A stretch of DNA of 64,000 bases, taken from positions 399,797-463,796 of the forward strand of contig CAZMIU010000001.1 of the NCBI GenBank assembly GCA_964566795.1, read 5' to 3'. Source of the stretch: an uncultured Candidatus Saccharibacteria bacterium (lineage in GTDB: Bacteria; Patescibacteriota; Minisyncoccia; Phycocordibacterales; SBAW01). Made by a program: the position numbers and the translations under genes. The notes under the pieces were generated by a model. That model ran no database searches and had not been told where the DNA came from. It saw only the letters and a list, made by a program, of their open reading frames with translations. Below, piece after piece: positions 1-9,304 of this stretch (position 1 is the first letter of the stretch; each line of letters opens with the position of its first letter).

Positions 1-399
1 CCAGTTCTGAGTCGAGACGTTGTTAGGAGACGCTGCATCTGCAGCACCACTCGCCTGAGAAAGGGCGTACTGGCAGGTTGCACTGAGCGTACCGGTAAGT
101 GCACAGTTGGTACCCGAAGTAGATGGGTCGAGGAACTGCGACATGTCCGGCGTGGTGCAAGTGCTTACGTTAGGGAACCCCGTGCACACAACATCCGTAG
201 CTGGGTCACCATCGGCAAGCGCCATTGCGCGGGCCATCTGCTGGAGAGACGAAACGCGGTTTGCATCGCGACCCTTGCCGCGTGCGCCGTTAAGAGACAC
301 AAGCACTATAGATGCCAAGATACCTATGATGGCGATAACCACCAAGAGCTCGATAAGGGTGAAGCCCTGGGTTACCTTCTTGGAGAACGTTTTATACAT
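1..399 (-). CDS. Type IV pilin (prepilin cleavage/methylation motif), 3' end outside window
   Basis: Manual translation from ATG at 399: [12 protein letters not shown]|[36 protein letters not shown]..., a class III signal with G|FxxxE. Absent from the ORF track because it runs off the window edge. Confidence 0.93.
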   Translation of the reverse strand, partial: MYKTFSKKVTQGFTLIELLVVIAIIGILASIVLVSLNGARGKGRDANRVSSLQQMARAMALADGDPATDVVCTGFPNVSTCTTPDMSQFLDPSTSGTNCALTGTLSATCQYALSQASGAADAASPNNVSTQNW

Positions 400-579
400 A
401 GAGATAATTAAACGATTAATCTGCGTTTTTAAAGAATAGTCGCAGGTAGCCCTAGTATAGCGGCCCAATAACCACCTCCCCTGCCCCGCTGTGGATATCG
501 TCCAAGGACGATAGGTTCATCCTTCGTTCGGAAATGACAATAAATTGTCATTTCTCTCTCTTCAGTCGAACATAAGGGA

Positions 580-1797
580 CTACAAAGCACTTGCGGTGTT
601 GTAAATAGGCAGGAGCACGGCAGCCAGGAGGAAGCCCACACCAAGCGCCAGCGCCACAATGAGCGCCGGCTCGATAAGAGACACGAGCGTGTCCACGGCG
701 GCATTAACCTCGCGGTTGTAGAACTTGGCCAGGCGCTCCAAGAGTGTACCCATCTCGCCCGTCTCCTCGCCAATCTGGATCATCTGTGCAAATATCGCCG
801 GTATGTCGCCCGGGCTGTGGCGCGCCATCGCCTGCGAGAGCGGCGAGCCGCCCTTAACCGCTTCTATAGACTCGTGGAGTATCGCCTCGTACACATCGTT
901 CTCCACCACCTCGGCCGTAATCTCAAGCGCACGCACCACCGCAATGCCGGAGGTGAGCATCACGTTCATGTTGTCGGCGATACGTGCCAAAAAGAGCTTT
1001 TGGTAGAGCGTACCCACATATGGCAGGGAGAGCTGCAGGCGCGAGAGTGCCATGTGCCCGGTCGGTGTCTGCACGTAGCGCCAGACAAAGTAGCCTCCCA
1101 CAATAAGCGCCACGAGCAAAAAGATCCCGTAGTCAACCAAAAAGGTGCTAAACCCGAGGATAATCTGGGTGTACAAGGGCAGCTCTTGGCCCGACTCGCT
1201 TAAAATGCCGCCGATTTTTGGAATGACGACCGTAAGCATCAGGACCATCACGCCCACAAAGGTAACCATGATAAACGCCGGGTAGATAAGCGCGTTGCGC
1301 GCCTTGGCGGTGAGCTCGTACGAGCGGTCGATGTAGTCGGCCAAAAAGAGGAATGTCTGGTCGAGCTTCCCCGACTCCTCGCCGGCCTTAACCATGTTTA
1401 CATAAAAGCTCGAGAACACCTTGGGGTGCTTGGACAGCGACTTGGAGATTGAGTTGCCGCCCTGCAGGTCATCGCTAATCTCTGCCAAGACACGCCGCAA
1501 GTAGGGCTTGTCTGCCTGCTCGGCCAGGAGCCTGAAGATGCGCAGTGCAGATACCTGCGCCTCAAACAGAGTCGCAATCTGGCGCGAGAGCAGTACCAGG
1601 GTGCGTGATGACACGCCGTCAAAAAACGACACCTTGCCCAGCGACTCGATAAGGCCCTTTTGCTCATCGCCCACTATAGAGGTGATAGTGATCCCTTTGC
1701 GCTGGATAAGGTCAATAGCCGAGTCTTGTGTATTGGCATTTACCGAGCCCGCCTGGGGCTTGCCGTTCTGGTCGAGTCCTTCGTACTTAAACTCCAT
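580..1797 (-). CDS. pilC: Type IV pilus platform protein PilC (T2SS F family)
   Basis: Two GspF-type repeats (GEESGKLD...ALIYP; GEETGEMG...LIEP) and TM segments; start taken at MEFKYEG. Confidence 0.92.
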   Translation of the reverse strand: MEFKYEGLDQNGKPQAGSVNANTQDSAIDLIQRKGITITSIVGDEQKGLIESLGKVSFFDGVSSRTLVLLSRQIATLFEAQVSALRIFRLLAEQADKPYLRRVLAEISDDLQGGNSISKSLSKHPKVFSSFYVNMVKAGEESGKLDQTFLFLADYIDRSYELTAKARNALIYPAFIMVTFVGVMVLMLTVVIPKIGGILSESGQELPLYTQIILGFSTFLVDYGIFLLVALIVGGYFVWRYVQTPTGHMALSRLQLSLPYVGTLYQKLFLARIADNMNVMLTSGIAVVRALEITAEVVENDVYEAILHESIEAVKGGSPLSQAMARHSPGDIPAIFAQMIQIGEETGEMGTLLERLAKFYNREVNAAVDTLVSLIEPALIVALALGVGFLLAAVLLPIYNTASAL

Positions 1798-1849
1798 ACG
1801 TATATATAGTGTACCCCGCAATCTAGGGGTCCTATAGTTAAATCCCCAA

Positions 1850-1870
1850 TGCAGAAGGGCACCTTCTGCA
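1850..1870. repeat. REP-like palindrome downstream of RAYT
   Basis: TGCAGAAGG-GCA-CCTTCTGCA, 9-bp perfect stem; further copies at 1999-2018 and 2539-2563. Confidence 0.85.
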
Positions 1871-1881
1871 GAACATTCCGT

Positions 1882-2526
1882 TTAGTCGAGTAGAAGTTCC
1901 TCCAACTCCTTTTTGCCCTTTATAACCTCAAAGGTTTCCTCAACGTATTCACGATATGCGGCAGGATTTTGAAATTGTTCTAGTACTACCTCCCTCTCGC
2001 AGAAGGGCACCTTCTGCAAATCTATATAATCGAGATAGCTGCTATGGGGATATTTTGACAGGTTATCTACCAGACCAGCAGCTTGAGGATTCTGATGCAC
2101 ATATGCACTTAACCATAAAAGTTGCTCGTTTGATTCTACTCGAACTGATTTGAATTGATCTTGGAACACTGACCCTACTCGCTTATATACTTTATTGAAA
2201 TATTTAGAGTATCCACTAATCAAGCTGAGCATAAGCGCACTAACCGGCACATCGCCGTTCTGGCGTATGACAAGGTGGAAATGGTTTGGCATAAGGCAGT
2301 AGCAGACCAAAGAGAAGGAGCCCGGCGGGAAAGTTTTTCTGACATACCGCTCTTTTCCATCTGCAGTAGGTGCACTTTTGTCATCGGGAAAGAGATACTC
2401 TTTTAGGCGAGAAAGGAAGAAAGCATAGTCAGCCTGAGTACGGAAAATATCCATCTTGGCATTGCCGCGATTGAATACATGATAATACTCGCCGGGCGCA
2501 AAGGATTTATAATCCCTATTTTTCAT
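1882..2526 (-). mobile_element. REP-associated tyrosine transposase (RAYT, HUH Y1 family)
   Basis: YHVFNRG, YCLMPNHFH (HUH), VFQDQFKS, YVHQNP (catalytic Tyr) and YPHSSY motifs; visibly more AT-rich than the pil genes; flanked by palindromes. Confidence 0.88.
1999..2018. repeat. REP-like palindrome inside the RAYT coding sequence
   Basis: GCAGAAGGGCACCTTCTGCA, identical to the 1850 copy; read in frame as LQKVPFC. Confidence 0.85.
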
Positions 2527-2538
2527 AGGGACCACTCT

Positions 2539-2563
2539 ATTGCAGAAGGTGCCCTTCTGCAAT
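2539..2563. repeat. REP-like palindrome upstream of RAYT, inverted orientation
   Basis: ATTGCAGAAGG-TGC-CCTTCTGCAAT, 11-bp stem; its core is the reverse complement of the 1850 copy. Confidence 0.85.
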
Positions 2564-2583
2564 ACCCACCAAAAATCTCCAAG

Positions 2584-2943
2584 CTATCTCTTGCTCAAAA
2601 TAAGCGGAGTCAGGAAATACGCCAACACCGGGAGCCCTGCTACCGCTGCAACACTATGGAGTCCGTCGTAGGTCAGCACGAGCCCAAGCAGCCCGAACGC
2701 CGCATATAAAATGACAAACTTGCGCGGGAGACCCTGTTTATCGTAGAGCTTCTTCCTAAACAAGTAGAGCGTCGCGCAGAACGACGCACTAAAGATTGTA
2801 AACAGGAGCAGGAGGTCAAAAACAGACCACGGCCCGGACGGGATGTTGGTGATAAGAGGAACGAGTGCAAAGACAGCCACCAAGTGGAGCATATTCTGCA
2901 CTGCTCCTATGCCTAGTAGCTTCCACAGGCTGTCCCTTTTCAC
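2584..2943 (-). CDS. Hypothetical membrane protein (~4 TM)
   Basis: Hydrophobic 119 aa ORF starting 1 nt after the pilT stop. Confidence 0.65.
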   Translation of the reverse strand: MKRDSLWKLLGIGAVQNMLHLVAVFALVPLITNIPSGPWSVFDLLLLFTIFSASFCATLYLFRKKLYDKQGLPRKFVILYAAFGLLGLVLTYDGLHSVAAVAGLPVLAYFLTPLILSKR

Positions 2944-2944
2944 A

Positions 2945-4006
2945 TTAGATAAGCCTCTGCAGGACGTTGGGGTTAAGAGAGCGCGAGTAGGCAGACTCGA
3001 CCGATATCTCTCCGGCGCGTACCAAGTCGGCCAGAGAGCGGTTCATGTCTATCATACCGTCCTGGGCACCCGTCTCGATTACAGTCTGTATCTCGTGAGT
3101 GCGCTTCTCGCGTATCAGGTTTTGCACAGCCGGGTTGTTTATCAGGAGCTCGCACGCCGGTATAAGCCCGCCCGAGATGCGCGGCACCAGGCGCTGGCTA
3201 AAGATGCCTGCCAAAGAGCCTGCAAGCTGTACGCGTATCTGGTCCTGCTGGTTTGCGGGGAACGTGTCTATAATGCGGTCGATAGTCTGGGCTGCGTTGT
3301 TGGTGTGCAATGTAGAAAAGACAAGGTGGCCTGTCTCGGCCGCGGTAACTGCGGCAGCCATGGTTTGCGGGTCGCGCATCTCGCCTATCATAAGCACGTC
3401 AATATCCTGTCTGAACACGCTCGTGAGCGCCTGCGCAAAGTCGGAGGTGTCCACACGCACCTCGCGCTGCTCCACCAAAGACTTTTTGCTCTCAAACAGA
3501 TACTCGATAGGGTCCTCGATTGTCACTATGTGCTCGGCACGCTCCTGGTTGATCTTCTCAATGAGCGCGGCAAGCGTTGTTGTCTTGCCCTGCCCCACCG
3601 GCCCCACCACCAAAAAGAACCCCTGCTCGCGCCCCGCAAAGCTCTCGAGTATGGGCGGCAGGTTAAGCTCGGCCGTGGTGCGTATCTGGCGCGGTATCAG
3701 GCGCAGCGCCATGCCCATGCGGCCGCGCTCAAAGTAGGCATTGCCCCTAAAGCGCGTTTTGTCGGTATGCGCATAGCTAAAGTCTGCCTCCTGTGTCTTT
3801 AAAAACAGCACCTTGCGCTCACCGGGCAAAAGCTCGGTAATTAGCCCCATCAGATCGTCAGGGGTCAGCGCAGTTTCTGTAAGAATCGGTGTCAATGAGC
3901 CCGATACGCGGATGATGGGCTGCGAGCCTACGGATAGGTGCAGGTCGGATGCACCCTGCGCTATGACAATCTCTATCAGTTGTACGAGTTTTTGCTTGTA
4001 GTCCAT
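2945..4006 (-). CDS. pilT: Type IV pilus retraction ATPase PilT
   Basis: ASDLHL, Walker A GPVGQGKTT, TIEDPIE, IGEMRD, TGHLVFSTLH, AVQNLIRE (AIRNLIRE-like). Confidence 0.93.
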   Translation of the reverse strand: MDYKQKLVQLIEIVIAQGASDLHLSVGSQPIIRVSGSLTPILTETALTPDDLMGLITELLPGERKVLFLKTQEADFSYAHTDKTRFRGNAYFERGRMGMALRLIPRQIRTTAELNLPPILESFAGREQGFFLVVGPVGQGKTTTLAALIEKINQERAEHIVTIEDPIEYLFESKKSLVEQREVRVDTSDFAQALTSVFRQDIDVLMIGEMRDPQTMAAAVTAAETGHLVFSTLHTNNAAQTIDRIIDTFPANQQDQIRVQLAGSLAGIFSQRLVPRISGGLIPACELLINNPAVQNLIREKRTHEIQTVIETGAQDGMIDMNRSLADLVRAGEISVESAYSRSLNPNVLQRLI

Positions 4007-4032
4007 ATCTACTTGTTGGGAGTTGTGTCGAA

Positions 4033-5904
4033 CTAGACTTCTACATCAGGCTCCTTGGCGGGCACTATGGGTGCGCTTGTCTCCTCGCCGCTCTCGGTCA
4101 TGGCAACAGGGCTTGGCGCCGCGGCCGCCTTAACATCTTCGGCAAGATCAAACTCGCCGCCAAGCGTGTTAACCTCCTCAAACGGGACAATGCCTTTGGC
4201 TGATTTGATGATAGCATCCTCTTTCATCGTGAGCATGCCCTGCTTGCGGACAATCGCAAATATTTCCTCCTCCGACTTGCCCGCCAGGATGGCGCGCTCA
4301 AGCTCCGGGGTCATGTCAAACACCTCAAAGCACGCAATGCGGCCGTGGGTGCCCGACGGGCAATCGGCTGTGGGCTCGAGCTTGTACACCTCATTAAGGC
4401 TCGGGATATCCTTTTTGTGCTCCTCGGGCACATCGGCAAACTCGTCCTCGAGCATCTTGCGCGTAGAGTCGTCTACCGCCACCTTTTTGCCGCCGCCCTC
4501 GCATAGTGTCTGCACCAGACGCTGTGCCACGCCCAATATAAGCACGGGCGGGATAAGATAGGGCTCCACACCCATATCAAGCAGGCGCGGCACAATGCCC
4601 ACGGCGTTGTTGGTGTGGATGGTCGAGAGCACCAGGTGGCCGGTAAGCGCGGCCTGCACCGCCAGGTTGGCAGTCTCTGAGTCGCGGATCTCACCCACCA
4701 TGATGATGTTCGGGTCCTGGCGCAGCGTGGTTCTCAGTCCGTTGGCAAACGTGTAGCCAATCTCGGGGCGCACCTGGCTCTGGGATACTCCGGGGATCAC
4801 ATACTCGACCGGGTCCTCCAGCGAGAGTACGTTAAAGCGCTCGCGGTCAATCTCGTTAAGAAGGGTGTACAGCGTGGTCGACTTACCCGAGCCTGTGGGG
4901 CCCGAGATAAGGATGAGTCCGTAGGGCTTTTTTATCGCGGCCTTAATGAGCTCGAGGTTGCGCGGAGTAAGCCCCACGCCGTCAAGCTTCCAGTCTTTTG
5001 TCTGCACGCCCAAGATACGCATCACCACCTTCTCGCCGTAATAGGTCGGGAATGTCGACACGCGGAAGTCTACTTTAGTACCGGAGACTCTCGCGCTAAA
5101 GCGGCCGTCCTGCGGTTTGCGCTTCTCGTCCAGCCTCATGTTGGACATAACCTTGATGCGCGCGACTACCGAGCCGTGCACCTTGGGCGGGAGCGTTATG
5201 TTGGTGATAAGCACGCCGTCGATACGGAACCGCACGCGCGTCTGGTCTACAAGCGGTTCTATATGGATGTCGGATGCGCGTTCCTCAGTGGCATGGCGCA
5301 GTATGGTAGACACGATTTTTGTAACCGGCGCGTCCTCGGTCATCGCCGAGTCCGAGGTCTCTGTCACCAGCTCGTCGTCGAGCACGTTCTTGTGCTGCTT
5401 GTCACCCTTTTTCTCCTGCTCGCGGGTGCGGGCCATAGTCTCGGTCTCGAGCTCGCCCAGCGCCTTGCCCACCTCGCCCGAGAGTCCCTTGTACTGGGCA
5501 AGCAGTTTCTCAAAGTCGGTCTCAGATATCAAAAACAGCTTGTAGGGCATGCCCACCTTGCTCGAGATAAACGTAAGCGCATCGCGCGCCTCAAGGTTGT
5601 CCGGGTCTACAATGCCAACCTCCAAAACGCCGTCCTTAATAGCCAGCGGCACCAGCTTGTAATGGCGCGCAGACTCCTCGGGCACATACTGCAAAATATC
5701 AAACGGCACGGCAGCCTCGCCCATCTCGCGCGTAGGCACGCCGTAGTAGTCGCCCTTAACCCGCAGGAGGTCGGCAGGCTTTACGCCGGCCTTGGTAAGT
5801 TCAAACTCGGGCTTGGCATCCGGCTTCTGGAGCAACACCTCAAGCTCGGGTATCTGTCCCCGCTCTATAAGGCGCGCATCAGCCAAGAGCTCTAACAGGT
5901 TCAT
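4033..5904 (-). CDS. pilB: Type IV pilus assembly ATPase PilB (GspE/PulE family)
   Basis: ASDIHIEP, PQDGRF, GPTGSGKST, EDPVEY, LRQDPNIIMVGEIRD. Confidence 0.92.
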   Translation of the reverse strand: MNLLELLADARLIERGQIPELEVLLQKPDAKPEFELTKAGVKPADLLRVKGDYYGVPTREMGEAAVPFDILQYVPEESARHYKLVPLAIKDGVLEVGIVDPDNLEARDALTFISSKVGMPYKLFLISETDFEKLLAQYKGLSGEVGKALGELETETMARTREQEKKGDKQHKNVLDDELVTETSDSAMTEDAPVTKIVSTILRHATEERASDIHIEPLVDQTRVRFRIDGVLITNITLPPKVHGSVVARIKVMSNMRLDEKRKPQDGRFSARVSGTKVDFRVSTFPTYYGEKVVMRILGVQTKDWKLDGVGLTPRNLELIKAAIKKPYGLILISGPTGSGKSTTLYTLLNEIDRERFNVLSLEDPVEYVIPGVSQSQVRPEIGYTFANGLRTTLRQDPNIIMVGEIRDSETANLAVQAALTGHLVLSTIHTNNAVGIVPRLLDMGVEPYLIPPVLILGVAQRLVQTLCEGGGKKVAVDDSTRKMLEDEFADVPEEHKKDIPSLNEVYKLEPTADCPSGTHGRIACFEVFDMTPELERAILAGKSEEEIFAIVRKQGMLTMKEDAIIKSAKGIVPFEEVNTLGGEFDLAEDVKAAAAPSPVAMTESGEETSAPIVPAKEPDVEV

Positions 5905-5961
5905 TGTATACAGTATACGCCCGCGCAGCGCGTGGTGCTTGCGACTATCAACAAAACAAAC

Positions 5962-6321
5962 TTACTGCGCAGGCGTTGTAGACGCGGTTCTCTGCGTTGA
6001 GCTCGCGGTCTGGGTCGGGGTCGGGCCATTTTGCCCTACCGGGGCAAACGGGTTGCGGCGGCCGGCAGCAGCAGGCGGTATAGAGACGCCAAAGTCCGAC
6101 AGCGATATAAACAGCGGATCGCTAAAGATAGAGTTGTCGAGCTTGATAGTACGCAGGTTGCCCAAGGTAGCCAAAATCTCCTGCGATACCGGGAGCTCGC
6201 TGTCCTGCGAGCTGGTCAAGAGCTCGCCGCTCCCGCTGGACATAAAGAAGTAGTACAAAAGGCCGGCGACAACCACGAGTACGCCTATAAGGACCATGTT
6301 CTTTTTAATGAGAGCCATCAT
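5962..6321 (-). CDS. Single-TM pilus accessory protein (PilP position)
   Basis: N-terminal TM, GRRNPFAP motif, directly after pilO; start at MMALIKK. Confidence 0.65.
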   Translation of the reverse strand: MMALIKKNMVLIGVLVVVAGLLYYFFMSSGSGELLTSSQDSELPVSQEILATLGNLRTIKLDNSIFSDPLFISLSDFGVSIPPAAAGRRNPFAPVGQNGPTPTQTASSTQRTASTTPAQ

Positions 6322-6322
6322 A

Positions 6323-6871
6323 TTAGTGGAGCCAGTAGGTGCGGATAGTAAAGTTAAAGGTATATTTGCCTGCTGTAGCCGCGCCAAAGGACAACTTTTG
6401 TATATCGAGGATGCGCAGGCTGTGCTCGAGGTCCTGCAGGAATGCCAGGAAGTCCTCATAGCTGGCGACAACGGAGAACCCGAGGTTGACCGAGCCGATA
6501 CGGTCGCCGGTTGGGCCTATGGCAATGCCGCTTGAGTCGGTCGAGGAGCGCGACACCTCTCCTAAGGCCACATCCGAGAGTGCCAGGCCGCGGCGCGCCG
6601 CTATGCTGTTGATGTCTATAATAAGTCGGATATTGTCTACCTGGTCTGGCACGAGGCGTGTGAGCTTCTGCTCATCCTGCGGGCTAAACGCGTTGCGGGC
6701 AGACTGCAGCTTGTCGCGCAGCGACTTAAGTTCCTGCGACTTGTCGAGCGCGTCGTCGTAGGCGCTTACCTTTGCCTGCGCGCCCTTAAGCCCCTGGTAG
6801 GTCGGGTTGGTGTACATGACAAAGAGCCCGATGGCTGCCAGCACGAGGACAAGTGGGAAAGCTAGTCGCAT
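6323..6871 (-). CDS. pilO: Type IV pilus alignment protein PilO
   Basis: TM plus coiled coil plus SYEDFLAFLQDLEHSLRILDI motif; synteny with pilM/pilN. Confidence 0.8.
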   Translation of the reverse strand: MRLAFPLVLVLAAIGLFVMYTNPTYQGLKGAQAKVSAYDDALDKSQELKSLRDKLQSARNAFSPQDEQKLTRLVPDQVDNIRLIIDINSIAARRGLALSDVALGEVSRSSTDSSGIAIGPTGDRIGSVNLGFSVVASYEDFLAFLQDLEHSLRILDIQKLSFGAATAGKYTFNFTIRTYWLH

Positions 6872-6874
6872 ACG

Positions 6875-7465
6875 TTATTGTGGGATGCCGGTGCCGGCCT
6901 GCTTTGCATAATTGAGCACGGACGGGTCTACGCTCGCGCTTACGGAAAATTGCACGCGGCCCGTGATGTCAGTCGAGATACCCGAGAACACGACGTCTCT
7001 GAGCACTTTGGCCGCGCCAAACTCGTCTGACTGCAACGCGAGCGACGAGAATGAGTCCGCAACGCCTGTCATCGAGAGCTTGCCGGAGCCCTCTGAGCCA
7101 ATGTCGAGGTTAAGCGAGGTAAACTGCACCCGCTCGAGCGTTGCCGCAGAGAGGAAGGTAAACAGCCCAGAGGGTGCCGTATGGTTTTGTATCAGCTCGC
7201 GCGCCTCAGTAAGCCTGATATCGAGCCTCTCGAGGTCGCGGATAGAGCTGGTGTCAAAAGCGCCCTCGGCAGCCTTAAGCGATTTGTCCTTTGAGATGAG
7301 CGCGCTGTCGAGGTATGTCTTGTAGGCAAATGCGGCGCCAGCCGACGCAATAGAGCCGACAAATATCAAAACAGCGATGAGGCTCAAAAGCCCTCCGCCT
7401 GCGCCGCGCGGCTCGCCCACGAGCGGCTTCTTTGGGATAAACGATTGTTGCACCTGTGGGTCCAT
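6875..7465 (-). CDS. pilN: PilN-like protein
   Basis: SFIPK N-terminal motif, TM, coiled coil; lies between pilM and pilO. Confidence 0.7.
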   Translation of the reverse strand: MDPQVQQSFIPKKPLVGEPRGAGGGLLSLIAVLIFVGSIASAGAAFAYKTYLDSALISKDKSLKAAEGAFDTSSIRDLERLDIRLTEARELIQNHTAPSGLFTFLSAATLERVQFTSLNLDIGSEGSGKLSMTGVADSFSSLALQSDEFGAAKVLRDVVFSGISTDITGRVQFSVSASVDPSVLNYAKQAGTGIPQ

Positions 7466-7519
7466 GTATGTATTCAGTATAAGGCCGCAATTTTTGCGCA
7501 GCCTTTCATATCAACACGA

Positions 7520-8608
7520 CTAGCCCAACTCCTGCAGTCGCCTGAGCGCCAGACCCACAGCCACAGCAAACTCCGGGCCCGCCTCTTTGAGTATTGTTTC
7601 GAGAAATGCGGGCGCCTGAGTCTTTCCAAACGGGTCTGCCATACGTATCTCGTTTTGCACCTTGCCCTGCATGTACTCCTTAAGGCCCTTGAGAGTCGCT
7701 CCCCCGCCGGTTAAGACCAGCGCCGAGAGCGCCTGGTTGTGCGACTGCTCCCACGAGGCCGCGGTGCGCGCTATCTCTGAGGCAATGGGACCCAAAGAAA
7801 GCTCGAGCGATTGCTTGATCGAGTTCTCGGGTGTGGCAACCAGCCCAAACTTGCGCTTGCGCTCCTCTGCCTGCGCGACTGTAATGGAAAGTGCGCGCGA
7901 TGCGGCGAGGGTCAGGTCTTGGCTGCCGTGGTTAATAATGTGGCTCTCGCGTATGAGCCCGCGCTCCACGACATAAAACTTGGTCGTGGCAGCGCCCATG
8001 TCTACAACCGCCACCGGTGCCAGCCCGTGGTCCAGGCTTGCGCGCACCGAGGAGAACACCTCAATCTCAAAAAAGCCCACATTAAGCTTGGCCTCGGTCG
8101 CCATCGAGCGGAACTTGGCTATCGTGTCGTTATGTATGGCAACCAGGAGCACCTCTATCTTGCCATCTGCGGCCGCGGCCTGTTTGCCGCCTGTCACTAC
8201 AAACCAGTCCAAAAGCACCTCATTGATAGGCACAGGGATATACTTGCGCGCCTCAATCGGCATTACCGAGGCGAGCTGGCTCTCCAAAGAGGCCTGGAGT
8301 TTGACCAGTGAGATTAAAGAAGAGGCATATGGTATAGATATGGCGGCGTCTTGGGTGGTGGTGTTGGCCTCCCTCAGTACGTCCTTAAGCGCTTCTGTGA
8401 TTTTCTCCGCTGGCAGCGAGGTGGCGCGGCCTATCTCTACCCCGGCATAGGGGCCCAGAGCTATGGCGCCATAGGTCTCGAGGACCACGCGGCCGTGTTC
8501 ACGCCTGAGCTGCACCACCTTGATGCTCGAGGTACCAATGTCTATCCCCAGTACGCTTTGCGAGGGTTTTGAGAAGAGTCCAGAAAGGGATGGGAGCTGA
8601 AACTCCAT
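7520..8608 (-). CDS. pilM: Type IV pilus assembly protein PilM
   Basis: LGIDIGTSSIKVVQL, VDMGAATT, LTGGGA, AVAVGLALR (actin-like fold). Confidence 0.92.
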   Translation of the reverse strand: MEFQLPSLSGLFSKPSQSVLGIDIGTSSIKVVQLRREHGRVVLETYGAIALGPYAGVEIGRATSLPAEKITEALKDVLREANTTTQDAAISIPYASSLISLVKLQASLESQLASVMPIEARKYIPVPINEVLLDWFVVTGGKQAAAADGKIEVLLVAIHNDTIAKFRSMATEAKLNVGFFEIEVFSSVRASLDHGLAPVAVVDMGAATTKFYVVERGLIRESHIINHGSQDLTLAASRALSITVAQAEERKRKFGLVATPENSIKQSLELSLGPIASEIARTAASWEQSHNQALSALVLTGGGATLKGLKEYMQGKVQNEIRMADPFGKTQAPAFLETILKEAGPEFAVAVGLALRRLQELG

Positions 8609-8632
8609 ATACACCAAAGTATATACCATTAT

Positions 8633-9304
8633 ATGTCTCTACATTTGCTCCAAAAACTTGTGAGCTTCATACTCCCGCCCCGCATAAGCGAGCGCGTGGT
8701 TGAAGAGCTCACACTAGACGAGTTGGCGGACCTCCAGACGCGCGAGGGGCTCCCCTATGCAGACACAAGTGTAAAAAGTCTGGTGTGGGAGCTTAAGTAC
8801 TACGCCAACCCGCGCGCTGCCGCGCTCGCGGGAGAGCTTGTGGCCGAGGAGCTGCTCGCAATTGCCTCTGAGGAGCTGGGCCGCCCGCTTTTAATACCCG
8901 TGCCCATGCACCCGGCTCGTATAAAAGAGCGCGGGCATAACCACACTGAGCTTTTGTGCGAAGCTGCGTTAGTGGCTTTGGGAGATTTTCCTGTAAAAAA
9001 GTCCTCGGGTCTCCTGCCCCCGGCAGGCCAGACTATTTTTCCAGAAAAATCTCCCACCGCCTTCGACTACACGCCTGGTGTACTCACACGTATTCGGCAT
9101 ACTCCCGAGCAGCAAAAACTTTCCCGTGCCGAGCGTCTAGTGAATCTCAAAAACTCCATGCAAGCTAGCGACCACGTTGTGGGCCGTGTGTGCGTGGTCG
9201 TAGATGATGTCACAACCACCGGCGCGACTCTTTCAGAAGCAAAGAGGGCACTCCTGGAAGCCGGCGCCACAAAAGTACACACCCTCGCCCTCGCTCAGTC
9301 TTAG
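8633..9304 (+). CDS. comF: ComF-family phosphoribosyltransferase-like competence protein with in-frame palindromic insertion
   Basis: WELKY, IPVPMH...ERGHNH, VVVDDVTTTGATL (PRPP loop). Confidence 0.85.
   Translation: MSLHLLQKLVSFILPPRISERVVEELTLDELADLQTREGLPYADTSVKSLVWELKYYANPRAAALAGELVAEELLAIASEELGRPLLIPVPMHPARIKERGHNHTELLCEAALVALGDFPVKKSSGLLPPAGQTIFPEKSPTAFDYTPGVLTRIRHTPEQQKLSRAERLVNLKNSMQASDHVVGRVCVVVDDVTTTGATLSEAKRALLEAGATKVHTLALAQS
8979..9056. repeat. Intragenic palindromic element in comF
   Basis: Imperfect arms TGGGAGATTTTCCTGTAAAAAAGTC / GACTATTTTTCCAGAAAAATCTCCCA with internal hairpin CCTGCC-CCC-GGCAGG. Confidence 0.75.
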
